64,000 nucleotides of DNA from Candidatus Hydrogenedentota bacterium (GCA_963668025.2 CAXXTH010000019.1:32001-96000); one strand, 5' to 3'. Counted from the stretch's first letter, positions 49,546 to 59,078 are shown. Numbers and translations are program-made. The notes: a model not told the origin generated them from the letters alone.

Positions 49546-52371
49546 ATGATGGGAAGCATCACACCGGTACTCGCAGGAGTTCTATTTGCAGCCATGGGAG
49601 AAGCCATGCCGCCAGCGGATGTGGGCGTATTTCATACTCCCCAACAAACGTGTTTGCTTCTAGATTCCGTGCCTAAGTCCCATTTCCGTTTTTCGGGGAC
49701 CATGGGCGCGTACATTGACGCATCTATCCGTGAATGGATCAAGCGCGCGCCGGAAGCTAATCCTGGCATCTTGGAACAGCTTCGCCGCCGGGAGAGCAAT
49801 CCGCCCCGCCCTTACCTGGTGGATTGGGCGGGCGAATTTGCGGGGAAATATCTGATCTCCGCCGTACAAGCCCTTCGCATGTCGGATGACCCCGAGCTGC
49901 GCGAGTATGTCCAGCAATTTGTAAATGAATACATCGCCACGCAAGCCCCCGATGGGTATCTGGGCCCCTGGCCCAAAAATGCAGCGGGCGAGCACCTCAT
50001 GACGATTGATGCGTGGGAGCTGTGGGCCCAGAACCTGGGTATCATGGGCCTGCTGATGTGGCATGAAGAATCCGGCGACCAGGCAGCGTATGACAGCGCC
50101 ATACGCGCTGCGGATGTGGTTTGCGATGTTTTTCTCGATGGCGGCCACCGCCCCCTGGAATTGCATTGTTCCGTCATGAACTTATCCATTATCCAGTCTT
50201 TTGGCTGGCTCTACCGCTTAACGGGGAATGAACGCTTTTTGCGGTTCATGCATGTCATCGAAGAAGAATGGGCTGTTTCCGCGGATTTCTTCCGCGAAGG
50301 CTTGGCGGGCACGCCCATGTATTTGCTGCCTGATATGGGCTGCCGCTGGGAGAGCCTTGTCGATTTGCAAGGCCTTACCGAACTGTACCGCATTACTGGC
50401 GACAGTGACTACAAACAGGCGTTTGTAAACCTCTGGTCTTCGATTCGCCAATACGACCGGCATCCGTCGGGTGCGTTCTCGACTCATGAGTGCGCCATTG
50501 GTGATCCGTATGACCAAGTGGGCGGCATTGAAACCTGTTGCACCGTGGCTTGGACCGCCATGACAGCCGACATGCTTCGCCTTACGGCGGATTCCAGCGC
50601 GGCGGATGAACTCGAACTCTCGACCTGGAACCAAGCGCTGGCTTCGCTCCATCCATCTGGAAGCTGGTGTACCTATCATACCCCGTTAAATGGACATCGG
50701 GATCCTTCCTTCCAGAGCATTGCGTTCCAGGCGCGCCCAGGAACGCCAGAAATCAATTGCTGTTCGGTGAATGGATTCCGCGCCTTGGGTGTTTTGACGG
50801 AATGGGCGGTGATGCAGGCCAATGACGGGCTGGTGGTGAACTTCTATGGCCCATCGGAAGCCAGTGTCCGTTTGAAGGACGGCGCACCTGTTATCTTGAC
50901 GCAAGATACTGATTACCCCATCGGCGGCAAGGTGCGCCTTCGCATGGGCCTCCAGCATGCTTCCGAGTTTTCGTTGCGGCTGCGTATCCCCGCCTGGTCG
51001 GCTAATACCCAAGTGCGGTGGGATAAGGAGTCCGCGACACCGAAAGCAGGCGAGTATTATGTGATCACGAGAAAATGGCGGGATGGAGACTCCGTGGACC
51101 TCGAATTCGACATGTCTCCGCGCTATTGGGCAGGCGAGCTCTCGTGCAAGGATTCCGCGGCTCTGTACCGGGGTCCAATATTGCTGGCCGCTGACGCCCA
51201 TTACAACACGACTCCATTGGATGCGTTGCCTGCGGTGGACCTTAAAAACCTTGAGTTTAGGCCAGTACCTGTGGAGCCCGGAAAACGCCCTGCAAGTTTC
51301 CCTCCGATGGGGCTTTGGGATGTGCAGACGCCAAATGGAACGCTCCGCCTGTGTGACTTCGCTTCAGCGGGCGTTTTGGGAACAGACTATAAAGCATGGC
51401 TGGCTGCCGGGAACGCCGGACCGCCTCCCGTGTGGCTCGCACGGCCGGTCGCGGATGCTGTGATTGCCGCCGGGCCGGTGTTGTTCCAATGGACAGCCTA
51501 TTTGCGCAAAAGCGAAGAAGAGCGTTCCTTTACCTTGCGCATCGCACGCGATGCGGAGTTCACGGATATAGTCCAAGAGATTAATGACATACGCGACAGG
51601 CGGTTTGTGCTCCAGCCAGGGCTCACCGAAGCGGGGCCATACTATTGGGAAATCATTTCCCACAATTCGAATGGCGGCCGTAAAAATGAGCTTGGCCCCA
51701 GCTTGTTCCATGTGGACTCGTCTCTTGAAAATACCGTGTTAGCGGATACTACCCCGCCTCCATTAGGAGAGGGCCAAACGCTGGTGGCGTCGAAACTCGA
51801 TGGGAACGGCGCGCCGTGGTTTGGCAAGCTGCTCGAAGAAAAGAAGGTCGAGCCTGCCGCAGACCGCTTTGGCCATATGAACAGCGCTGTTCAATTGAAT
51901 GGACTGGACAGCGGTATTTATTACGAGGCACCATGCTATTCCGAAGAGGATCTCTCGGTTTGCGCATGGATCTGTCCCGATGCCTTGGACAATACACGGA
52001 CGGTTTTCTCTGCATGGCATAGCGCCGGCATGTTCAATCCGCTATGCATTTTCATACGCGACGGCAATCTCTTTGCCCGAACGGAAACTGTCGGCCTCTT
52101 GGACACAAACGGCGTTCCCGTGGAGAAAGGCAAGTGGATTCATGCCGCAGCGGTAAAAGAGGGCGAGGTGCTGTCCTTGTACATCAATGGCAAGCTGGCT
52201 GCATCACGGCCGGTGCGCAAGTTCATTAATGCGTATCAGAAGAAAGTCGCCATTGGGGCAAACCCCAATGCGCCAGGGGAAAACTTTGCGGGGCGTATCG
52301 ATAATTTCCAGTTTCTGGCCCGGGCGCTGGCTCCTGCTGAAGTCGAGGCATTAGCAGCGGAGAAACCCTAA
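49546..52371 (+). CDS. GH127/GH146-like beta-L-arabinofuranosidase with C-terminal LamG/ConA domain
   Basis: GEFAGKY, DGYLG, ETCCTVAW, NCCSVN, RIPAWS, YRGPILLA, and C-terminal WIHAAAV...LYING...FAGRID. Confidence 0.85.
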   Translation: MMGSITPVLAGVLFAAMGEAMPPADVGVFHTPQQTCLLLDSVPKSHFRFSGTMGAYIDASIREWIKRAPEANPGILEQLRRRESNPPRPYLVDWAGEFAGKYLISAVQALRMSDDPELREYVQQFVNEYIATQAPDGYLGPWPKNAAGEHLMTIDAWELWAQNLGIMGLLMWHEESGDQAAYDSAIRAADVVCDVFLDGGHRPLELHCSVMNLSIIQSFGWLYRLTGNERFLRFMHVIEEEWAVSADFFREGLAGTPMYLLPDMGCRWESLVDLQGLTELYRITGDSDYKQAFVNLWSSIRQYDRHPSGAFSTHECAIGDPYDQVGGIETCCTVAWTAMTADMLRLTADSSAADELELSTWNQALASLHPSGSWCTYHTPLNGHRDPSFQSIAFQARPGTPEINCCSVNGFRALGVLTEWAVMQANDGLVVNFYGPSEASVRLKDGAPVILTQDTDYPIGGKVRLRMGLQHASEFSLRLRIPAWSANTQVRWDKESATPKAGEYYVITRKWRDGDSVDLEFDMSPRYWAGELSCKDSAALYRGPILLAADAHYNTTPLDALPAVDLKNLEFRPVPVEPGKRPASFPPMGLWDVQTPNGTLRLCDFASAGVLGTDYKAWLAAGNAGPPPVWLARPVADAVIAAGPVLFQWTAYLRKSEEERSFTLRIARDAEFTDIVQEINDIRDRRFVLQPGLTEAGPYYWEIISHNSNGGRKNELGPSLFHVDSSLENTVLADTTPPPLGEGQTLVASKLDGNGAPWFGKLLEEKKVEPAADRFGHMNSAVQLNGLDSGIYYEAPCYSEEDLSVCAWICPDALDNTRTVFSAWHSAGMFNPLCIFIRDGNLFARTETVGLLDTNGVPVEKGKWIHAAAVKEGEVLSLYINGKLAASRPVRKFINAYQKKVAIGANPNAPGENFAGRIDNFQFLARALAPAEVEALAAEKP

Positions 52372-52480
52372 CCCGGTTTCCGCAGTTATTCCGCAGTTAT
52401 TCTTGTAAGTGATAGGTAATACCGGATATCTTAAACGCACCTATTCATGCGGCGTTGATGCTTGGCATAACTCGGGTAAT

Positions 52481-52510
52481 TTGACAAGTATTCACCCCCT
52501 TGATTAGAAT
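52481..52510 (+). promoter_or_regulatory. Sigma-70 promoter of the tRNA pair
   Basis: TTGACA-N18-TAGAAT followed by a GC-rich discriminator. Confidence 0.7.
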
Positions 52511-52523
52511 CCCACCGCGTTGA

Positions 52524-52599
52524 GGCGGCATAGCCAAGTTGGTAAGGCAATGGTTTGCAAAACCATGTATCCCCGGTTCGAATCCGGGTGCCGCCTCCA
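52524..52599 (+). tRNA. tRNA-Cys(GCA)
   Basis: Acceptor stem GGCGGCA/TGCCGCC, anticodon arm ATGGT-TTGCAAA-ACCAT, GTTCGAATC, encoded CCA. Confidence 0.97.
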
Positions 52600-52644
52600 T
52601 CCTGCTTTTCAAATAGTCCGCTTCATCGCCAGTAATTCCTCTTA

Positions 52645-52729
52645 GGGCGAGTGGTGGAACGGCATACACGGCGGACTTAAAATCCGCTGCCCAAAAGGCT
52701 TGAGGGTTCGAATCCCTCCTCGCCCACCA
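52645..52729 (+). tRNA. tRNA-Leu(TAA)
   Basis: Acceptor stem GGGCGAG/CTCGCCC, anticodon arm GCGGA-CTTAAAA-TCCGC, long variable arm, GTTCGAATC, CCA. Confidence 0.97.
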
Positions 52730-52934
52730 TTGAAAACAAAGGACTTACGTAGGTTTGTGAACCCTTTCCTTTTTTTCATCCCGATCCCTCTATATTTCGG
52801 TCCAATGCCGCCATCGCGAAGCCAAACTCGAATCCTAGACTCACCGATGTAATGTTTAGCACTATTGCGAAGCGCGTTGACGGTTTTAGTTCTGCAATCT
52901 ACAATGCAGACATTATTTGCGGAGGGATTTGTTT

Positions 52935-53993
52935 GTGAATGAGAAGACAATCTGCGAGCGAGAGAACTACCTTCGTGCCGTCGAGGCACGATACCCGGAA
53001 TGGATTCCTATCACATTCGAATTCCAACCAGCGGTCTGGATGAAATATGGCGATCAACTGGCCAGCCTTATCGCCCGGCATCCGCTTGTTTCGGGCAGCC
53101 ATCAGCGGGGCTATGAATACCCGAGTTCCATTGATCCGTTGCTCGTTAAAGACACTGAGTTCATGGATGACTGGGGCTGTGTATGGCACAATACGCAAAC
53201 AGGATTACTCGGGCGCGTCGTTACTCACCCGTTGGCGGACTGGAAAGCCTTTGGCCAGTTTCAGCCTCCTAAGCCGGTGGACCAGTTTGACTGGCCTTCG
53301 CTAAAAGAAAGAACCAAGGAAAAACGGCGCCATAATCTGCTCACTGTTGCAGAACCCGAATCTTTTGCCCAAGGAGGTTTCCTAGATCGCTTGGTGTTTC
53401 TACGTGGATATGAGAACCTTATGATGGATTTGCTTGAGGAACCACCCGAACTTTTGCGTTTAATTGATATCCTGTTTGAATATAATATGGACTATCTGCG
53501 GAGATGGCTAGACATTGGTGTGGATGTCGTATGGCATCACGGTGATATTGGCAGCCAAGCCGGCCCTGCGATAGCCCCTGAAACGTTCCGCAAGTTCTTC
53601 AAGCCGGCGTATAAAGAGATGTTTCAAACTTGCAGAAGAGCAGGCGCGCATGTTTGGTATTCATCAGATGGAAACCTGCTTGCTCTGGTGGACGACTTTG
53701 TGGAATGTGGCATTTCGATCCATGATCCTCAAGTCCGCCCGAATACGATCGATGGGATTGCACGGCATTACCGAGGCAAATTATGTGCGCTGGCCGACAT
53801 AGACGAGCAGATGCTTCCATTTGCGACGCCGGAACAGATTGACGCTCAAGTTAAAGAGATTGTGGCGAAAGTGGGCGCACCCGAGGGAGGTTTGATGCTA
53901 TTCGCGATCCCGAGCCAGGATGTTCCTCTCGTGAATATCGAGGCTCTATATATCGCATGGGAAAAACATTGTTATCACAATTGGCCGTCCTGA
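52935..53993 (+). CDS. Uroporphyrinogen decarboxylase-family protein
   Basis: ERENYLRAV, DDWGCVW, LRGYENLMMDL, GDIGSQ, SSDG, HDPQV. GTG start after GGAGGG. Confidence 0.82.
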   Translation: MNEKTICERENYLRAVEARYPEWIPITFEFQPAVWMKYGDQLASLIARHPLVSGSHQRGYEYPSSIDPLLVKDTEFMDDWGCVWHNTQTGLLGRVVTHPLADWKAFGQFQPPKPVDQFDWPSLKERTKEKRRHNLLTVAEPESFAQGGFLDRLVFLRGYENLMMDLLEEPPELLRLIDILFEYNMDYLRRWLDIGVDVVWHHGDIGSQAGPAIAPETFRKFFKPAYKEMFQTCRRAGAHVWYSSDGNLLALVDDFVECGISIHDPQVRPNTIDGIARHYRGKLCALADIDEQMLPFATPEQIDAQVKEIVAKVGAPEGGLMLFAIPSQDVPLVNIEALYIAWEKHCYHNWPS

Positions 53994-54074
53994 AGGCGGA
54001 AGGAACCGTATCCTCTGCACGCAGGTTCTGATATAGCAAAAAAAACTGAAAATGGAATTCATGGAGAGGTTGTT

Positions 54075-54779
54075 ATGAATATACTTGCTTTAGGCGCACA
54101 TCCCGATGACGTGGAAGGTTTCTGCGGAGGCACGCTTTTTAAGTATAAAGATGCAGGGCATCGCATCTATATTGCCCTCTCGACAAGCGGCAATATCGGC
54201 TCGAACACGGCAGCGGCGCGGGAGGAAATCGCCGCGATTCGTGAAGCGGAGCAGAGGGCCGCGGCAAAGTTATTGGACGCTGAGACAAGATTTCTAGGGT
54301 ATGATGATGAGCTTCTACTCGATACTCCTGAGACCCGCCGTGCGGTCCTCAACGCCATCCGGTGGGCTGACCCTGATGTCATCCTCACCCATTGGCCGAA
54401 CGATCCGAGCACGGATCATGCGATGACGGGGAAGATCGTCACGGAAGTGCTTCTGTGCTCCCCTTCGAACCTGATTCCGAGTGATGAACCACCTATTGAA
54501 AAAAAACCTTCGGTTTTTTTCTGGGACACGGCAAGCGGCATCAATTTTTTGCCAGAAGCGTATGTAAACATTAGTGATTCCATGGATAGAAAAATGGAAG
54601 CGCTCAAGCTGCATGATAGCCAGATCGGTTGGATGGGAGAATTCGCCGAAGATAGTCTGCCTGAACTGATCCGCTGCTGGTCACGGTTCCGCGGCTCCCA
54701 GGTAGGCTGCCGGTATGCCGAGGGATTCATTGCATTCCGGGTCATGGGGTTCATGCCCGACTTCAAGTTGCTTCCATGA
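54075..54779 (+). CDS. PIG-L/LmbE-family N-deacetylase
   Basis: GAHPDDVE, REAE, THWP.D...DH, HDSQ, AEGF. Confidence 0.9.
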   Translation: MNILALGAHPDDVEGFCGGTLFKYKDAGHRIYIALSTSGNIGSNTAAAREEIAAIREAEQRAAAKLLDAETRFLGYDDELLLDTPETRRAVLNAIRWADPDVILTHWPNDPSTDHAMTGKIVTEVLLCSPSNLIPSDEPPIEKKPSVFFWDTASGINFLPEAYVNISDSMDRKMEALKLHDSQIGWMGEFAEDSLPELIRCWSRFRGSQVGCRYAEGFIAFRVMGFMPDFKLLP

Positions 54780-55009
54780 TATGCAAGGCTAGGCTTAATG
54801 CAGCCTATTGGCGGCACGCATTTATTTTCTGCCGTGCTCTGTTATAGATACGATTACCAAGGTGAGACAAGAACATCTGTAACAATTTAGCCCAGTGGTG
54901 AAGAACGGCCAGCGAAAAGGAATAAACAAGGCTGCCAAATACAAGATGCTACTTCAGTCGGCTAAAGTATTTAGAATATCTTTATTTACCATCATGGGGA
55001 GTGAAAAGC

Positions 55010-56077
55010 ATGTTTAATGGTCTTGAGATGAATCTGGGCAATCTTTGCCGGTTGTCCAACGCACAGACACGCTCGATATCGCCAGAGAATTTTAAGGGTG
55101 AAAAGGGCAAGGGCGGAATGGCCGTGGAAGGCACGGGCGCAAATTGTGCGCGTGATTTGGGCCAGGGATGGAAGATTTCGCCGTCTGTGAGTATCAAAGC
55201 GGGTGAAGTCTTCGAGTTGGCGGATATCGATGGCCCGGGTGCGATTCAGCAGATCTGGATGACCCCGACGGGATGCTGGCGCTATTCCATCCTGCGGGTG
55301 TATTGGGACGGCGAGGAGACGCCCAGCATCGAAACGCCCATTGGCGATTTTTTCGGCATGGGCTGGGGGGAATACGCCCCGCTCAATTCGCTGCCCGTAT
55401 GCGTCAATCCTGGAAGCGCCTTCAACTGTTACTGGAATATGCCGTTCCGCAAGCATTGCCGCATGACCTTCACCAATATCGCCGATGAAGACATGACGCT
55501 CTACTATCAAATTAACTACACGTTGACGGAAGTTCCCGAGGATGCCGCCTATTTCCATGCCCAGTTCCGCCGCACGAATCCGCTCCCGTATAAAGAAGTT
55601 TATACCATTTTAGACGGCATCAAGGGCAAGGGGCAGTATGTAGGCACCTACATGGCCTGGCAGGTGAACAACACCGGCTGGTGGGGCGAAGGCGAGATCA
55701 AGTTCTACATGGACGGGGACGAATGGCCTACCATCTGCGGCACGGGCACGGAAGACTATTTCTGCGGCTCGTATAACTTTGATCGGGGCGGCCAATACAC
55801 CGTCTTCTCAACTCCCTATGCTGGCCTGCACCAAGTCATCCGGCCCGACGGCGCGTACCGCAGCCAGCAGCGCTTCGGACTCTACCGCTGGCATATCATG
55901 GACCCCGTGCGTTTCGAGAACGACTTGCGGGTGACCATGCAAGCTTTAGGATGGCGAAGCTATGGCCGGTATTTACCGAATCAGGATGATATCGCCAGTG
56001 TGGCCTATTGGTACCAGTCCGAGCCACACGCGCCGTTCCCCGTACTGCCGGATAGGGATTTTCTAGAGGTCATTTAG
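55010..56077 (+). CDS. DUF2961 / GH172 glycoside hydrolase
   Basis: SISPENFKGEKGKGG, GPGAIQQIW, WWGEGEIKFY, GTGTEDYF, YRWHIMDP. Confidence 0.92.
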   Translation: MFNGLEMNLGNLCRLSNAQTRSISPENFKGEKGKGGMAVEGTGANCARDLGQGWKISPSVSIKAGEVFELADIDGPGAIQQIWMTPTGCWRYSILRVYWDGEETPSIETPIGDFFGMGWGEYAPLNSLPVCVNPGSAFNCYWNMPFRKHCRMTFTNIADEDMTLYYQINYTLTEVPEDAAYFHAQFRRTNPLPYKEVYTILDGIKGKGQYVGTYMAWQVNNTGWWGEGEIKFYMDGDEWPTICGTGTEDYFCGSYNFDRGGQYTVFSTPYAGLHQVIRPDGAYRSQQRFGLYRWHIMDPVRFENDLRVTMQALGWRSYGRYLPNQDDIASVAYWYQSEPHAPFPVLPDRDFLEVI

Positions 56078-56104
56078 GGCGGACAGTTTAAGATCGGATT
56101 TTTT

Positions 56105-56170
56105 CACCACCAAGACACGAAGACACAAAGAATTGTTTTTTATTCTTTGTGTCATAGTGTCTTGGTGGTG
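56105..56170. repeat. Palindromic element with ~9-nt periodic arms between convergent genes
   Basis: CACCACCAAGACACGAAGACACAAAGAA...TTCTTTGTGTCATAGTGTCTTGGTGGTG. Confidence 0.8.
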
Positions 56171-56227
56171 CTATTTTTTGGATGGAAAGAGCCTTACACC
56201 AAGGCTCTTCCCACGATATACGGTTAT

Positions 56228-58939
56228 TCAGCTTGTGATCACCACTGGCGCGCTGAAGTGATATTCGCCGCTTCCCACCTCGAAGACCGCCGCGACGTCT
56301 TGCCAGCCAATATTCGCAACGCCTTCGGCCTCGCTCGCGGGCCTGCCGCTTTCTTGCACGCTGTCCGCGCTAGATGCAGGCACATACACTTTCGCCTGCG
56401 CACCCACTGGCACCACGACATCGAGCAAAAACTGGCCGTTCTCGATGCGCCAGGCGCTCTTGATCGGGCCGCGGATCGAGTCGTATTCCGCGCTGGCGTG
56501 GGTGAAACCGCCGCCGGGACGCGGGCGGATGGAAATGCGCCGGTAGCCAGGCTCTTCCAAGTCGAGCCCCGCCACGACGCGGTACATCCAGTCGCCCACG
56601 GCGCCATAGGCGTAATGGTTATACGAGTTCATGCCGGGGTCTTGCGGGCCACGGTCGTCGGTCCAGCCGTCCCAGCGCTCCCAGATGGTGGTCGCGCCGT
56701 ATTTTATGGGGTAGCCCCACGAGGGGAAGGTGTCGTTGAGGAGCAGCCGGTACGCGACATCGAGATGGCCCGTGTTCGACAACGCAAAGGGCAGGTAGGA
56801 GCAGCCCACGAAGCCGGTCGATAGATGCATGTCGCGTGCGCGGATGTCTTCGACCAAGTAGTTAGCGGCTTTCTCGCGCAAGGAAGACGGCAGCAGGCCG
56901 AAGTGCAACGCCAGGACATAGGCCGTCTGGCTTTCGCCATGCACTTTGCCGTCCATGGTTACATATGATTGCTGGAAGTTGAGCCTGATTTGTTCGTACA
57001 GCCCGGTGTAATGGCGGGCGTCCTCTTCTTTACCGAGCACCGCCGCGATTTTCGCCAGAATCCCGCTGGTGTAAGCGAAATATGCGGTGGCGATGACTTC
57101 TTTGGGCGTCTCGGCATTAATGGAAAGCCAATCGCCGAAATCATTCCCGCGTTCTTCGAGCCATAGATGGTTGGGATTGGCGGCGTCCAGGTAATCCACC
57201 CATTTCTTCATCGCATCATAATGCCGTTCGAGAATTCCGGTATCGCCATAGCATTGGTAGAGGGTCCATGGAACGATCACGCCTGCATCGGCCCATGCGG
57301 GAGCGCTTCCTCTCAGGTCCACCATGCGGGGAGCCACATCGGAGTATTCGCCTTCCGGCAGCCTCGCCTCATCGACATCATCCATCCATTTTGTGTAGAA
57401 GGCCGCCGTATTCATGTTGAAGCAGGCCGTGCGCACGAAAATCTGCGCATCGCCCATCCAGCCCAGGCGTTCGTCCCGTTGTGGGCAATCGGTGGGCACT
57501 TCCAGGAAATTACCCCGCTGGCCCCATTCGATATTGTGCTGGAGCTGGTTGATCATGGGATGCGAACAGGTGAAACGGCCCGTAAGGGGCATATCCGCAT
57601 GGACCACTACGCCGGTGATATCATCCAATCCGAGCTCGCAAGGCGCATCGAGCACTTCAACATACCGGAAGCCGTGGAATGTAAATCGCGGTTCATACGT
57701 TTCCAGGCCATCGCCTCGAAGCCAATACTCATCCACGCACCGCGCCGAACGCAGGTTGTCGAGGTATAGCGAACCGTCCGGTTCGAGGATCTCCGCAAAG
57801 CGGAGGGCGATTTTTGCTCCCGCTGGCCCCTTTACCCGTATGCGCGCCCAGCCCACCATGTTTTGCCCCATGTCGAAGCGATAAACGCCCGGGGCGGGAT
57901 TCTTCACGGATTGAGGTTTGAGCTCGAGCATACGGCGCGTGGGCGCGCCGGGGTAGGCTTGCAGGCGGACCGGCTGGGATTCATGAACCACCACGGGCCG
58001 CCACTCGCTTGCGCCATACCCGGGCGTAGCCCAATCACCCAGTTCGCGCCGGGCATCGTATTGCTCGCCCATGTATAAGTCAGCGCCCAAAATGGGCCCA
58101 TTGGCGAAGCGCCATGTCTCATCCGATGTGATTGTGTCTATATGGCCGTCGGCGTACTCGATTTCAAGCTGGGCAAGAAGGCGCGGAGTGCGGCCATAAT
58201 GCCCGCGTGTACGGGTATCCCAGCCTAGGTATCCCGCATACCAACCACAGGCCAGAATAGCCCCGAAGGCGTTGCCTCCTTGGCGCACCTGGGCCGTCAC
58301 ATCATATGCATGGTATAGAACGCGCTGGTTGAAATCCGTCCATCCGGGTGCTAACAGGTCTTCCCCTACGCGCGCGCCATTCAAATAAAGCTCGAATAAT
58401 CCTTGTGCGGTGGCGTAGACCGTGGCGCGGGCCACGGGCGCTGTGGCCTCGAATTCTTTGCGCAGGTGTGGCGAAGGAATAAATTGGATCTGCGAATCGA
58501 GCTTGCCGCCTTTGGGCTCCTTGCCCGGTTCGGGAGGCGCATTTTCCGGACTCAACTCGCCGCCAATCCATTGGGCGCGCCAATCGCCCGGTTCGAGCAG
58601 GCCCATGCCCCAGCGCGCCGGTTCGCTATACGGACTCACCTCGGCATTGCGGTCCCATGACCGCACTTTCCACCAGCACGGTTGGCGGGATGCAAGCGCC
58701 TTGCCGCCATACGCTACTTGAGCGGTTTGCTCCGATTCCACCCGGCCCGAATCCCATAAATCCCCCCGGTCCTCGGCAAGAATTTGGGGAGAAGACGCTA
58801 CGAGCACCTGGTACGCGGTTTGCCGTTGTCCTCGTTCCGGCGAAACCAAAAGCCAGCTCAAACGCGGCTTAGGTGTGTCCACCCCCATAGGGTTCGCCCG
58901 GTATTCCACTTGTAATTGTGTTGGCGTCATGGCGCTCAT
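56228..58939 (-). CDS. Alpha-L-rhamnosidase (GH78)
   Basis: PRLSW, LWDSG, DMGQNMVGW, PTDCPQRDERLGWMGD, GATTIWERW, MNSYNHY. Confidence 0.95.
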   Translation of the reverse strand: MSAMTPTQLQVEYRANPMGVDTPKPRLSWLLVSPERGQRQTAYQVLVASSPQILAEDRGDLWDSGRVESEQTAQVAYGGKALASRQPCWWKVRSWDRNAEVSPYSEPARWGMGLLEPGDWRAQWIGGELSPENAPPEPGKEPKGGKLDSQIQFIPSPHLRKEFEATAPVARATVYATAQGLFELYLNGARVGEDLLAPGWTDFNQRVLYHAYDVTAQVRQGGNAFGAILACGWYAGYLGWDTRTRGHYGRTPRLLAQLEIEYADGHIDTITSDETWRFANGPILGADLYMGEQYDARRELGDWATPGYGASEWRPVVVHESQPVRLQAYPGAPTRRMLELKPQSVKNPAPGVYRFDMGQNMVGWARIRVKGPAGAKIALRFAEILEPDGSLYLDNLRSARCVDEYWLRGDGLETYEPRFTFHGFRYVEVLDAPCELGLDDITGVVVHADMPLTGRFTCSHPMINQLQHNIEWGQRGNFLEVPTDCPQRDERLGWMGDAQIFVRTACFNMNTAAFYTKWMDDVDEARLPEGEYSDVAPRMVDLRGSAPAWADAGVIVPWTLYQCYGDTGILERHYDAMKKWVDYLDAANPNHLWLEERGNDFGDWLSINAETPKEVIATAYFAYTSGILAKIAAVLGKEEDARHYTGLYEQIRLNFQQSYVTMDGKVHGESQTAYVLALHFGLLPSSLREKAANYLVEDIRARDMHLSTGFVGCSYLPFALSNTGHLDVAYRLLLNDTFPSWGYPIKYGATTIWERWDGWTDDRGPQDPGMNSYNHYAYGAVGDWMYRVVAGLDLEEPGYRRISIRPRPGGGFTHASAEYDSIRGPIKSAWRIENGQFLLDVVVPVGAQAKVYVPASSADSVQESGRPASEAEGVANIGWQDVAAVFEVGSGEYHFSAPVVITS

Positions 58940-58959
58940 TCGAACATCTCCTACACTTA

Positions 58960-59003
58960 CACTGCGCTAATTCAAGACAGGCACTGCGTTAATTCAAGAC
59001 AGG
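58960..59003. repeat. 22-bp tandem direct repeat upstream of the GH78 gene
   Basis: CACTGCGCTAATTCAAGACAGG / CACTGCGTTAATTCAAGACAGG (1 mismatch). Confidence 0.85.
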
Positions 59004-59078
59004 CGGCGTATCTTACCGATTTGAATCTGTAAAAACCATGCAAGCATCCGTAAAAAGCCGAATTCATACTGAATTCAA

